DNA from: Marsupella aquatica
Lineage: Eukaryota; Plantae; Marchantiophyta
NCBI GenBank assembly: GCA_973895155.1
Contig: OZ316898.1
Coordinates: 19,169,292-19,233,291 of the forward strand
DNA length: 64,000 nt
Direction: 5' to 3'
In this document: positions 48,230 to 60,371 of the stretch, piece by piece
How positions within the stretch are numbered: position 1 is the first letter of the stretch
Layout: every line of letters starts with the position of its first letter
Program-made: the position numbers and the translations under genes
The notes under the pieces: generated by a model
What the model was told of the DNA's origin: nothing
Databases searched by the model: none
The model's input: the letters and a program-made list of their open reading frames with translations, nothing else

Positions 48230-50069
48230 ATGGGTTGGAAGAAAATAAATGAGGACCCTGAGGGTTTCACCTCCCAAATTGCACCAAAGAAGATGGACCC
48301 CATGGCATCACATGAATTTGCTTTTAGAACAAATTCACAAGTGCCCTGCATCTTGTAAAACATTGCCATGCAGATAGCATTGCTCCTCAATTGTCATAAA
48401 TAGCTTGAATATTTTAGCTTAAAGTTTGCTCAATTCAAGTCTACAGTTTTCTTCATCAGGCCTCAAGATGTTCAAGCAAAAAACATTCTTTCAGGCCAAA
48501 ACAAGATGTCAAGGGAGGGCAAATTTTGAGGCAAAAAAAGATGTTGAGGCAAGAAAAGATGTTGAGGCATAAAAGATTGTCAACACACAAAAAGATGTTG
48601 AGGGAAGGCAAAAATATCAAGAAGCAAGAAAACATAGGCTTTGCAAGGTAGACGTTAACACAAGTTATGTGTCATTGCGGCCATATAGTTGTTGCAGGTC
48701 AGTACTTTTCATGAAAATGTGTGTTTTAAGAAAGGTGGAGATTTACAGAAGATTTGTATTAGCACCTACACACTCTGAATTTAAATTAAAAAACATTGAT
48801 TTCATTTTTATCCTATTTTTGGGGCAAGAGACAGAAAAGGCACAGAAAAGTTTGATTTCATACATAGAATGTTTTTGTTTTCAGTAGTGTTTTCAAGGGA
48901 TCCATTCCTGCTTAAGACTTGCATCCATAAGTTGTATTTGTGAATATTATTTCTTTGCATTTATATATTACGCTCTCTGTTTAATTTTATCCATGTTGTG
49001 TTAGACAACCTCAGAATCATGGGAGAGTGAAAGTGACCCATATAAGTTCATGATTACTGCGATGCCAACTGCACATTTTGGCCCCTAGTTACCCTGCCTG
49101 CTTTACTGTAAACCAGTAAAGCCCACTATACTAGGACCTTGCCCAATAAATTAAGGTAACCAAACCAGGACTTGCCAAACATTTTGGAGGAGATGGGATC
49201 CTGTTTTTTTTAAATGAGTAAAGACTCCCTCACTTCTGTTATAATACTTCTGTTATAATTTAAGTTGACCCAGGTGGGACTGTAGATGTCATGGACCCTA
49301 TCTTCCATTGCTGCAAGTTGCAGTCTTCAATTTGTATTTGAGTTTACTAGCCCACTGACCATGTGTAAACTGCAAATAGATCAGTTGTTGTTGAGGCCCA
49401 GTTGTCATCAGTGCGGCAATATCTGTTTGTTGCACCAAAATATGGATGTGAGGCAAAAACAAATGCATGTGAAGGAAGGAAATGTTGGTGTTCCGATCAT
49501 TCTTTGTTTGGCATTTATTTTTAGGTCTAGAGTATTGTGTAACTGTAACTAGCTTAACTGTAGTCAGGCACTTGGTTAAAGTTAGATGTACCATCATTAT
49601 ACTCACCACTTAGCTAGTGAATGGAACTTAAACTCATTGGTACATAGTCATCTAAAACTAAGATATGAAGAGCTTAGTTTGTGCAGACTTGGCATCATGG
49701 CCAATGGTCTTAAAGTATGATAAAACTCTCTAGTGTGTGACATGACCTCTGGTGAGATTAATCATATATCTCTTGCTCGATTACTTGTGTGTTCGTTAGA
49801 TGTTGTACTGTATATGCACATTATTTGTCTTTGAGTAGCAGTTGTTTGCTTAACAATCTTCTGAACTATGCAAACAATTGTCATAGTTGGGTGGTTATAC
49901 ATTGTTGTTGCAAAAATGTTATTATTTTGGCCCGTATTTTGGTTTATGCTATGTGTGAGTGCAAGATGGGCAACAGAGGCCCGGGCATCCTGTTCTCCCC
50001 TCCCCCCGGCATCCTTTTCTTTTGCCCCACAGATTATTTTTGTTTGCCTCCCATCCTGTTTTTTTCGTC

Positions 50070-50397
50070 CCCCCCCCCCTGAAAGGCCGAAAGCATACTT
50101 AGCCAACAGAGGATAGACTTTCTGTTTTGGAGCTTGCAATTCTAGATAGGATAGCCACAAGGGGACAATACCCATTGATCCGACAGGGACTCAGACCAGG
50201 AGGGAGAGAGGGTTGAACCAGGGCCCCAAAGCGGACCAGCAAGGGCTAGGGGCTGAGGAGAAACCAGGACTCCCACCACAACACCACATCCACATATACA
50301 CAAACATACCCTCCACACCCCTTGCGTGTGGAGGAGGACTGAACCTCGGACCTCTTGGTTCTAAGCTCATCCCCTGACCAACTGACCAAGGCTCCCC
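50070..50397 (-). mobile_element. tRNA-derived SINE
   Basis: Minus-strand head GGGGAGCCTTGGTCAGTTGG (A box) ... GAGGTTCAGTCC (B box-like). A second diverged copy is at 18721-18965. The 3' end is approximate. Confidence 0.7.
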
Positions 50398-50745
50398 TTC
50401 TTTTCATTTTCTTCCACCCCATGGCCCTCGCTTTCCTTAATTGTGCTGCGGCTTCCTGAGGCTCCTTTACTCCCCCCTTTGCTTCCCTCTAACATGATTA
50501 AAAAGAAAAATAAACTAAACTAAAAAATGGACATCTACAGTACTAGGCTGCACAAAGCCAAAAAGCTTTCACACCAATGTACTTCTCATGTACTTGTTGT
50601 ATGCGAGAAAGTACTCAGTCGATGCAGGGGCCTGATAGGCATGATTGTAGTGTACTGTAGCCAGCACATATAACTTGTACTTTCAGATGTACCTGGTTTA
50701 CCACTCTAAAAGTGGGTATGCCCTTTCCGTCAATCCAAAAGTGTC

Positions 50746-51814
50746 CCGACCGAGTTCAACAGGTGATCTCTGATCGCATGCACCGTTCACCCTTTCTAGC
50801 ATGCTTTCCGACGCACCCTCTGACTTGGTTTGAGCGCGTCTTTTATCCGGTTCGGGCGTTGGTTCGGGGGCTTGGTTATCTGCGAGCCCATTGTGGGCCC
50901 CCTTTCGTATGAGTTCTTTTGTCTTCACCACTTCCATGCGCCTCCGTCTTGGTCTTCCCCACCCATGCCTCCTTGGGCAACCCACATGTGTTTGTGGAGC
51001 GCCCTTGGATAGGGGGGGAATCCATATCCTACGATGTGGTCATGGTAGTGAGCGGACGGCGCCACACGATGACATCCGGGATGTGGTAGCCGCCATCGCT
51101 CGTGATTCCGGGTATCATGTTATGATGGAGCAACGACATGTGTTACCACCCCGGGATGGAGTACCGGACAGGCATCGGGCCGATTTGGTTTTCTCTCGCG
51201 CTGGTGTTCGTGCCCTTGGGGATGTGGTTGTTGCTGACCCCACTAGTGGAGCCAATTTGGCATCCGCTGCCCACATCCCAGGTCATGCTGCCACGAGGGC
51301 TGCTCGCCTCAAGGAGGAGGCTTATGCTACGCGTTACCCAGGGGACCTTTTCTACCCGTTTGCCGTGGAGGTCTTTGGAGCGTTGCACCCGACTTTTGAC
51401 CAGTTCTTGCGCTCCTGTGCGGTTCATTATGTCGAGCGGCGGCCTTATCCACCAGTCTCTGTTATCACATCCTTTTTTAGACAGAGGGTGTCCATTGCAC
51501 TTCAGCGTGCACAGGCCTTCACTATCCTTCGTAGAGGCGAGGCGGTTGGAGTCCGGGCATCTAGTCGGATTCCATTGCTTGACCCCCCTATGCAGTTCAC
51601 GACGGAGCTTTATCAGGCCCATTACTTTGCCGTTGGGTAGTCTTTAGGTTTGTGTGTCCTTTGTTCTCCTTGGGCTGGGCTTGTGCCTGGTCTTTTTTGT
51701 GTTTGCTCTTTGGCCTTTTGGCCTTTTTTCTTGTTTTCCCTTGATTGGGTTTTTTGGCCTGTGGGATCCTGTCTCCCGGTCCAGCACCTCCTGCTCTTTG
51801 GCAGTTTGATATAT
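50746..51814 (+). mobile_element. 5'-truncated CRE-like non-LTR retrotransposon (restriction-like endonuclease type)
   Basis: 9-bp TSD AAAAGTGTC (50737-50745 and 51815-51823). Coding: GAWL..P, RLRLGLP, CVC..H...C zinc knuckle, HD, RADL/DV/K..Y/PFAVEVFG RLE motifs. T-rich 3' UTR. Confidence 0.88.
50891..51640 (+). CDS. C-terminal zinc-knuckle and RLE endonuclease portion of a non-LTR retrotransposon ORF (fragment)
   Basis: 249-aa open stretch with CCHC and PD-(D/E)xK-like motifs. The RT is missing because of the 5' truncation. Confidence 0.8.
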   Translation: MWAPFRMSSFVFTTSMRLRLGLPHPCLLGQPTCVCGAPLDRGGIHILRCGHGSERTAPHDDIRDVVAAIARDSGYHVMMEQRHVLPPRDGVPDRHRADLVFSRAGVRALGDVVVADPTSGANLASAAHIPGHAATRAARLKEEAYATRYPGDLFYPFAVEVFGALHPTFDQFLRSCAVHYVERRPYPPVSVITSFFRQRVSIALQRAQAFTILRRGEAVGVRASSRIPLLDPPMQFTTELYQAHYFAVG

Positions 51815-53071
51815 AAAAGTGTCAGAAAATATTGGAAAACATTTGACATGTACCTTGTACCTTACTCTAATAGTGGGCACCGCCTTTCTGTCAATCCAAG
51901 AGAAAATTCCTTGGTGGGGCAGATATTTGATAAACTTCTTGGCGGTTAATGTTGTTTTTGTGAGGTGCTGGTAATGCCTTATAACAAGCACTATCTTGTT
52001 CGATGACTTAAAATCACCACTGGCCATATGAAAGGGGAAGTGTCCAAAACTTCTCCCTTTTTCGAATTACTCTCCTCTAGAGTAATACTTTGCGCCACAA
52101 TTTTAGTAATGTAGTAAATATGGTGAAATCTAGTAGGGAGTCTCAAAGTTGGGTCATTAATGAAAGTTACGGATTGTGTTATATCCCATAACTCAAGTTA
52201 TGCGACCCAGTTATAGAATTTAAAAAATGGGGGGAGGTAACATTGACCCGCCCCATAAGGCAGGAGTTACGGTCTCACCTGTCTCATAACATATATTATT
52301 TTCCCCTCAATTCTTGATTAGTCGCCACCTCAAATGCAGCAGCGATCACCATGTTAGGAGCAAATCCCATGTGTCTTCAGTCGCGGCTTTCCGGAATTCC
52401 TTATTTTTGCCTAATGTTGCAGGAAAGTTACAGGTTAAGTGTTGAGCCCGAGGACTTTCCTTACGGTAGCCGAAGATCTGCTCCCATAATTTTTACGGGA
52501 GTTCCCATAATACTTGAGTTATGGGAGTGCCTTATCTTGTTAAGGCCTCGGTTAAGGCCAAGCTTTGAGATGCCCTAGTGGATCCAAGTTTTTTTCATGG
52601 CTAGTGACACTTTAAAACTTGAACTGGAGAAACTTCGTATATGGCAAAGCCAACGAGTTCCAAGGCCCACAAAACATGAGGAAAAAAACCAGACAGAAGC
52701 TTGAACTTTGCAATCTGCCATAGGGAATCAATGGGTGTCTAGCCTGGCAGCTGACATAGTCAACCCAGGCATCTCCTCTTTCCTTCATTGTTTTGCCCTG
52801 TGTTTCTGCCAGACAACTTACAGACCAAAGGGGGAGGGAGCTCTCCAATGCTTGAGCTATGGCAGTTTGGCTTTGAGCACAACACTTTAGGGCTGTGTTC
52901 CATTTTCCCCCCCTTTCAGGCCTACCCCCATTTACAACCCTCTCCAAGATTGTCAGAGCCAATCACAGCCAATTGCGGTTTTTGGGGGACACCCTCGAAT
53001 TAGTGCTGCAACGGGAAGGCAGCCAGACTCACACAAGCTGTTGCATGGAGAATCTGAGTGCAGCCATTGTG

Positions 53072-53527
53072 GAGAGATATACTTGATGGACCCCTAAATT
53101 GAAATGTCTTATTTGATAGACCCCATGAGCTCGTGGGTACCAGCGTATTTTTAAAGGATTTCACTTTTTAGCCAGAGTGGTGAATGTAAAGTGTGTGAAG
53201 GAGAAGATGCTCAAAAGCTTCTTTATTCAATTATTTTCTAGACCATCCGATCTCCCTAGATTTAAGGCTGACCGTTAGATTCTGGCTACTGGGGCCTGGG
53301 AATAGGTGGAACACTGGCTAAAGAGACAGCAAAATAATAGCAAAGTTTAGCCAAAAGCGGCAAAAGATTTTTGGGGAGGTGGAATCTAGCAAATTTTTGC
53401 CACTAAAAAAAACACTGGTGGGTACATTGATTTGAGATCTATGAACTGTCTGGATCACTCATGGGTCCATCAAGAAACTCTTTGCATTTTGGGGGGCATT
53501 TTGGGGGGTCCATCAAGGACCTCTCTC
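53072..53527. mobile_element. MULE-related MITE (TIR similar to the element at 46932)
   Basis: GAGAGATATACTTGATGGACCCC ... GGGGTCCATCAAGGACCTCTCTC, with inner inverted TTGATAGACCCCATGAG / CTCATGGGTCCATCAA. No TSD recognised. Confidence 0.6.
53141..53417. mobile_element. hAT-type MITE nested in the MULE-like MITE
   Basis: CAGCGTATTTTT ... AAAAAAACACTG termini and a perfect 8-bp TSD GTGGGTAC (53133-53140 and 53418-53425). Confidence 0.88.
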
Positions 53528-56074
53528 TGTTCGGCAAATGTCACTACCTTTTCAGTTTCTCCTCTCATCTTGCCCAAAATTTCTTGACGGTCTCAAATTC
53601 AAGTATAACAGGGTTGAAAGGAGATTTCATATTCACGGAATTCTCAAAAATTGGGGATTGGAATCAGATAGTCTCCTGGAATCCGAATCCCCATTTTAGT
53701 TCGAAGTGGAACTAATCTTCAGCTGTCCAAATTTGGGATGTTGATCCAGCTTTTCTCTCTTGGAATTGACAGTACTTGCATTGGATTTTGAACTGGATTC
53801 AAAATGATAGCCCTGGCTTCAATTGAAAGTCCCCCAGATCCTTCCATTCCGCCTGGGATTTTGACTTCCTGGGTTCTTTGCGATGTGTTTATGGCAGAAT
53901 TTGGACGCTGTTAACGAGTGTCTACCATATTTTGGCTTGTATTCCTGATTGTGTTCTTCATATAATACAGAACCGAATGGAATATTGAACATACGGCAAT
54001 TGCAATTGAAATTGAGCAGACGGCAAGATTGTTGCAAAGCGTTAGATCTACAACCATGATGCTACAGTGGCCTGCTAAATTTCCAGACAACACAAATCAA
54101 ATCAAGAAGCTACTGGTTTGCTTTAGTAAAAGCTGTCCAAATCTCTGCAGAGTCCAGACTACTAGGCAAAGAAGGTGGTCCATGGGAAAGAGGAGAATTT
54201 CCTCTCGATGCTTGACGTATTGCATTGAAATTTGCTTGCCAGATCAATTTCCTGCTGATTCACTAAAAGGTCTGCTAAAAGGACTCTACTAAAAAACTGT
54301 CTTAGGTCCAATTGTTCGACTCCCTCTGATTCCAATATCAGCTTGTGAATGGAGTTGATAAGACTTCTGGTTAGACTCCTTCCGACTCCAACTCTCAGCT
54401 TATGAATGGAAGTTTATAAGGGTGCATTTTTTTCTCCAAGATCTGATCAGATCCATCCATTTGGGAGAAACACTGCTGTTCATTTTACAAAACGTTGGGG
54501 GCACTTTTAACCAACCTGATACCAATCCTACATGAAATGTAGTGGGACCCAAATTTTGCTTATGTGGAGAACTCTTTTATCCTAGATTTTAGACCACCTC
54601 TCTTGGTGGTCTCTTCTTCTGACTGGCCTCTTGGTCCATTTCTATTTTAAGTCATTTGCATTAAAAAGTGACCCACAAGTCCTTCATAAGATCTTCTCTT
54701 CTCACATTTAGAAAGACTTTAGCCAAAGATTAGATGACATTCAGGTGGAGTGGGTACTCAATCTATTTGTCTTTTAGTAAATTAATCTAGCACCATTGGC
54801 TGCACTTGGCTTTACAGGACCTTGGGGGCAATACAAGGATTCAAAAAATGCTTCTAGCCCCGGGACACTATATTTAGTGTGTGCAATGGCCCTCCAGTTT
54901 GCTTTGGTGAAAAAAACTCCCAATTGCCCCTGACGGCTTGTAAAGTCCTCCTAAGACTTGCGCAGTACAGTACGTAACACAGAATTCATTGATATAAATT
55001 ACGGGAATATGTAATTCAATGTAGATGTGACCACAGCTAGGAATTCCGTTGCAAAACAAACCTCCAAGACATTGCTAGGAGAAAAATACTTCATGATACC
55101 TGGATTCAGGAATATCTTCCATATCTTGCACTGAGAAATATGAACCGGTGCACCTACACAACATGTTACATGCTGTGGCTTTTGGGCAGGTTGTTTCATA
55201 GCCTTTGGGTGCCACCTGCTGGTTCAGGTATGTTAGTCAGCCTCGTTAACATAAACTTTTAAATGAAAAAACGAATGATCCGAAACTCCTGACAAGTCGG
55301 CCAACAGACAAGCTTAACTCCTTCCATTTTGACAGGTGATGAAGTTCTGCCGTTAGTGTGGACTGACTCGCTCCACTGGTGCCTCACAACAAGGAATCAT
55401 TTCAAAAACGAAATGGCACCTTCATATTCTCTCACTGTATATGCGGACAACATGGGTTGCTGACTGTTCATCCACTATATCACTGTGCCAAAGTGCAAAA
55501 AGTGCCATACAAGGTGCTTACAAAATTTGAAATAGATTCTCATATAATACAGGATTGCGCCATTGAAGTGGTACTCATTCAAATTTGGAGTGCACAAAAA
55601 ATGAGAAATCCTGTCAGAGAGAAAAGGAATATGCCGAAAAGCTAATTTAGTTTAGTGTGAAAAGTAAAGAGTCACACCATTGTTACAAAGATAAACAAAA
55701 ACAAGTTACTATAGTAACACAATGATACTCATCAATGAGTATCTTCCCTCCATGATGAAAGGAAGTATTCAATAGGGTACTATGCATACTCAATAGGGTG
55801 TACATACTCAATAGAATAATATTGCACATTGCACAGTTTAGTGTAATTGGAGGAGTTAAATTGCAAGTTAAATTGCAGATACTACTTTAGTAAGAAAGGG
55901 GACTACATACACTAATCAAATAAAAAATTATTATTCCAATATTTAGGGTGATTTTTTATATTCAAATTTTGTGTCACTTTCACTGCCAAAAAGAAAAGAA
56001 AACATAAGGCCTAAAGACATAGTAAAGATCATGGCACGAGCCTTGATGAGAAGGTTTCGGGCAAGGGGCACACT

Positions 56075-56487
56075 ATTACTTGATCATATCTTTTTACTTT
56101 ATAGTATCTTTCACATAAAGACCTTTTGGCGCCACAACATCATTTTACTTGATGACATCTTTCACATAACGACATCTTTGTACTTGACTACATCATTTTA
56201 CTTGATGATATCTTTCAGTTTACATCTTTGACAAAATGATTTCTTTTTTCTTAAAGACATCTTTTTATGTGATGACATTTTTCACATAATGACATCTTTG
56301 GTGAGACAATTGTTTTTTCATCGACATTTGTTTTACTTGACAACATTTTTCACAGAACAACATCTTTGGTGAAATGACTTTTTTTCTTAAGTAACAACAT
56401 CTTTTCACTTCACGACATGTTTCACATAACAACATCTTGGGCGTCAGGACATCTTTAATGCAAAGCACGGGCATAGTACTTCTATAA
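56075..56487 (+). mobile_element. Probable decayed Helitron 3' portion with ACATCTTT-type repeats
   Basis: Degenerate ~20-bp repeats end at ATGCAAAGCACGGGCATAG, similar to the Helitron terminal hairpin at 62566-62592. Confidence 0.4.
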
Positions 56488-59165
56488 TATGGAATGCCGC
56501 CAAAAGTTCTTTCGTCAGCTCATAAAATTGGAAATGGAGGTAACCAACCTGAGCATTCAGATTTTGTTAAAGATTTTTGTCTACTCTTGGATTGAATGAT
56601 TGACCAGGAGACACAAAACAATGTTATTCTTATTTTATAGTAGAATACATGAGATGATTCTTATATGACAAGACCTATAATGTGTCTTTTGACATTGGGC
56701 TTGGCAACAACATGGCCGCAATAACCGCATAGCTGCAACATCCTCGTGTCTGGAATGATTGTATCTCCATAACAACAACCTGGTCACAACAACATCTGAG
56801 ATGTCACAACAACTTTCTTGCCTTGCTTATATTTCTTTGCATTGTCTCACGTGAATTTATTTATTTGGCTCATGTGAATCTATTTGTCTTGCCCTCAACA
56901 TTTTTGCCTTGCCTCAAAATCTTTGCTTCACCTCAACATTTTTACCTTGCCTTGACACAGACGATAGTGTAACCCAAAGTATTGGGTTTTCCATATAGCA
57001 TAATAGTACCTACTAATTAAAGAACATGTTGTACTTTGGGAATGTTTGAATAGTAATGGTAACCCATTAGTTCAGAGTCAATCTAGGGCTCAAAACCACA
57101 TCTGAACACTACAATTTATACTCTTTTATCTGTTGATGGGTTGTTTACAAAATGTCATTCTGACAAGAAGTTTCCATACCCATTGGATTATGGTGACATT
57201 TGTTTCTAAGCATGAGATGGATCTAAAAGTGCCACCCCCTTGCCACTCTCATCTAGGCTTGCGCATTCCTTAAAATCCAATTGACTATTTCACTTACTCT
57301 CTAGAATATCCAATTGCTTGGTCACCTCATCATGCTCAATACCATTTACTCTTGCCAATGTTTGCAATTCACGACCTTGGGCTAGTAATACATTTTCCTA
57401 TTTTGTAAGAAATTGCCAACAAAAAAAGTGTTGAGAGTGGAGACTAATATGATGGGAAGCGAGTAGTTTACTGTTCACATAGGCCAAGGAATAGTGGCCG
57501 GTGCAATAGGCGGGGCCCTCTCCTCTTTCGGTCCCTTTTCAGCATACAACTTAGACAAACAATTATACAATTATATCCCAGCATTATACAGACATACAGT
57601 ACATCCGATCCGAGTGAACTTTATGACTCGCTAAATAGGAAATTGCGAGAAAATGGGATTTTTTGTAGGCCGTAGAGTCATCTCTCGACTGGACTGCTGA
57701 ATCACACACAGCAGTGGAAACTAAGCTGACAGCTGAGTCCCCAAAAGCTCGAGGTGGGTCATCCACCATCAGGAGATGGGATGAGCTGCTGCTGAGAAGG
57801 AATCGATCGATCCACAGACCCGCTGTTCGCAGGTAATGTTCCTTTTCCCGAATGAATCTCTCTTTGCATTGCGCATTCCCTGATTGCAGTGTCGATCAGA
57901 GTGGTGCTCGTGAATTTGGCGATTCTGTGTCTTGTTTGTCTACGTGCTCTGTTTTCCGGATTTGCTTGAGGTGTTTTGGTCGAGCTCCAATTTCTTCCTG
58001 ATCGGATGGTCTCTAGTGAGGATGGCCTTCGTTACATCGAGTGAATGATCTTAGCAGCGTCGGTTATTTGCTTTCTAAGTTTACGGTGCCGTTTGAAGTG
58101 TGTGAGTGAAATCGTCATTGTTTTCGTTCAGATCCGAGCCGCTTCTGGTTCCATTGTTCGTCGATGTACAGGACCTTAGGTCACGCACAACATCGTTACT
58201 GAGCTGGGTCTTCGATCTTTCGGGCTTCACGGAGATACGGTCGTGTTGCTCGTGGTGTACGCCTGCTGCAAGGTGGTGATGAATGTGTGGATGCACGGCA
58301 TGTGACTCAGTCGTCTTCTATGTGCAAGCTGATTGATAGGTCTACGAGGTTGTGGATGGCCCTTCAAGGTGATCGACCGTGGCTGTGATTTCATTCAGGT
58401 AAGCTCATGCAAGCAAACAAGCAACTGGCTTAACTTGTTCGCCTCTGGCAATCACGATTTGCTTGAACATGTAAGGACTTAAAGAAATTATGTTTCCTCT
58501 AAGGTGTTCAGCTCCACTTCCGTGTTGGATTTAGTGTTAACTTAGTGTACAGTGTTTAGGTTCAAAGTTCAAGTTCGAGTTAGGGTTCTGGATCTGATGA
58601 ATGCCCGGTGTCACATGGGACGAAAATTGTGATTGAAGGAGATTCAGTACAGCAGCTTAGTTGTTTCATCCTGGGGCTACCGGTGGACATTTGATGATCT
58701 CTTTAGAAAATTAAATGTCGATCTCAAAAGTCCAACTACTATGAGTTTAGCCGAGAAGGATCATGGCAGTCAAGCTTAAGATGTGCATGAAATCTACAAT
58801 CCGGCTTTGATCATTTCCTTTGTTCTGTGTCACGATGTGCTTTACGGTGAGGGAAAGTCGCAATTCGAGATGAAAGTTAGACCTACGTTAGTCCTGTGAG
58901 CTGAGCTGAGCTGAAATGACGATATCCTGTCTTTGCACAGTCTGTAGAGGCAGTTGTTCAAAATTGCGGCTCATGACTTTGGCTACCAGCACAAGATGCC
59001 CAGCCCAAGATTCTTCTTGTTTACATTTTTGCGTTTATGATTCTCGGAAGACACGGAAGACATTTCCTCCTCGCCTAGATATGCAGCAGAATTCATGCAT
59101 GTGTATTCGTCCGGTTGTAACAGAAATGTTCCTCCTGCAGTGGAGCATAGGCTCAGCTAAGCGTT

Positions 59166-60371
59166 ATGGAGCGAAAAGGCGGCACAATCAAGGATGCAAT
59201 ATGGCTAGTGGAGAACATGTCAACTGGAAAGCTAGACCGCTACATTCAGGCACGTCTCAGGAGAGCCAACATCACCGTCCTTTGTCTCGCCGTGGCCATC
59301 ATAAGCTTGAGTGGAGTCGCCAGCTTCAGGCTCTTGACGGGGAATCCTCTGATTCCGAGAGACGAACAACCGGAACGAGATCCCTCTGAGCCATTCCGCC
59401 TGGGGCCTGTGGTCACCGATTGGGATGAGCAGAGAGCAGCCTGGCTGGAGAAGAACCCGCACATGAGGACCACTATCAAGGGTAAGCTGCGCTTGTTCAT
59501 GATCACTGGCTCGCAGACCGAGGAATGTGCCAACCCCATTGGCGATTTCTGGCTGCTGAAGGCCTACAAGAACAAGATGGACTACTGCAGGAGGCACAAC
59601 ATCGAGAGCTACTACAATATGGGAATCATGGATTCTGCCATGGTAGATTTCTGGGTGAAGCTGCCGCTTATCCGGAATGTTATGCTGACCCATCCAGAGG
59701 TGGAGTGGGTTTGGTGGGTGGACAGCGACGCCATGTTCACAGACATGGCGTTTGAGATCCCTCTGGAGAAGTATAAGGACCATAACATGGTAATTCATGG
59801 CTGGCCGAATGAGGTTTTCGAGAAGAAAAACTGGGTTGGGTTAAATGCTGGGATTTTCCTTGTTCGGAACTGTCAGTGGACGCTTGATTTCCTGGATCTC
59901 TGGGGCTCCCTGGGAGAGAACAGAGGAGAGCAGAGGCGCAGTATGGGGAAGATCCTGACGATGAGCCTCCAAGGTAGAATTAAAAACTTCCCGGCCGATG
60001 ACCAATCTTCACTCATCTATCTCCTCAATGACATGAAGGATAAGCTCTACCCTAAAGTCTTCTTGGAGAGTGATTACTATCTCCACGGCTATTGGGTGTA
60101 CCTGACTGATAGGTATGAGGAGTACCTGAGAACCAGCCACCCTGGTTTTGGAGATGATCGCTGGCCTTTCATCACCCATTTCGTGGGATGTAAGCTTTGT
60201 GGCAACAACAATGATTATCCCACATCTAAATGCTTGAAGCATATGAGCAGAGCGTTCAACTTCGCCGACAATCAAGTAGTGGAGGAGTTCGGACTCCAGC
60301 ATGTGTCTCTAGAGAGCTCCATCCTGCGTCGCGTCAAGAACGAATCTTCCACAGCAGAGGGGCTTAGATAG
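59166..60371 (+). CDS. GT34 glycosyltransferase (xyloglucan 6-xylosyltransferase / galactomannan galactosyltransferase family), 401 aa
   Basis: Type II TM segment, WDEQRAAWL, KNKMDYCR, WVKLP, HPEVEWVWWVDSDAMFTDM (DxD), GLNAG, DDQS and WPFITHFVGCK. Confidence 0.95.
   Translation: MERKGGTIKDAIWLVENMSTGKLDRYIQARLRRANITVLCLAVAIISLSGVASFRLLTGNPLIPRDEQPERDPSEPFRLGPVVTDWDEQRAAWLEKNPHMRTTIKGKLRLFMITGSQTEECANPIGDFWLLKAYKNKMDYCRRHNIESYYNMGIMDSAMVDFWVKLPLIRNVMLTHPEVEWVWWVDSDAMFTDMAFEIPLEKYKDHNMVIHGWPNEVFEKKNWVGLNAGIFLVRNCQWTLDFLDLWGSLGENRGEQRRSMGKILTMSLQGRIKNFPADDQSSLIYLLNDMKDKLYPKVFLESDYYLHGYWVYLTDRYEEYLRTSHPGFGDDRWPFITHFVGCKLCGNNNDYPTSKCLKHMSRAFNFADNQVVEEFGLQHVSLESSILRRVKNESSTAEGLR

Larger units (their letters stand above)
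46300..48270 (-). mobile_element. Decayed CRE-like (RLE-type) non-LTR retrotransposon 3' fragment, interrupted by a MULE and a MITE
   Basis: LADVMVANP...AASWAASTKEAKY...FLPLAIEIFGQLH is homologous to ORF 50891-51640. HDAMRD is readable across the MULE junction. Boundaries are approximate. Confidence 0.75.

Noticed and set aside
50330-50397. tRNA gene
   Set aside because: The B box is degenerate, there is no complete cloverleaf, and it continues into a dispersed repeat body, so it is a SINE head
59232-60302. Minus-strand ORFs of 97-188 aa
   Set aside because: Antisense shadows of the GT34 CDS
27206-60371. Biosynthetic gene cluster (monooxygenase, dioxygenase, glycosyltransferase)
   Set aside because: There is no scaffold-forming enzyme, the genes are far apart with housekeeping genes between, GT34 is a cell-wall enzyme, and the monooxygenase looks truncated
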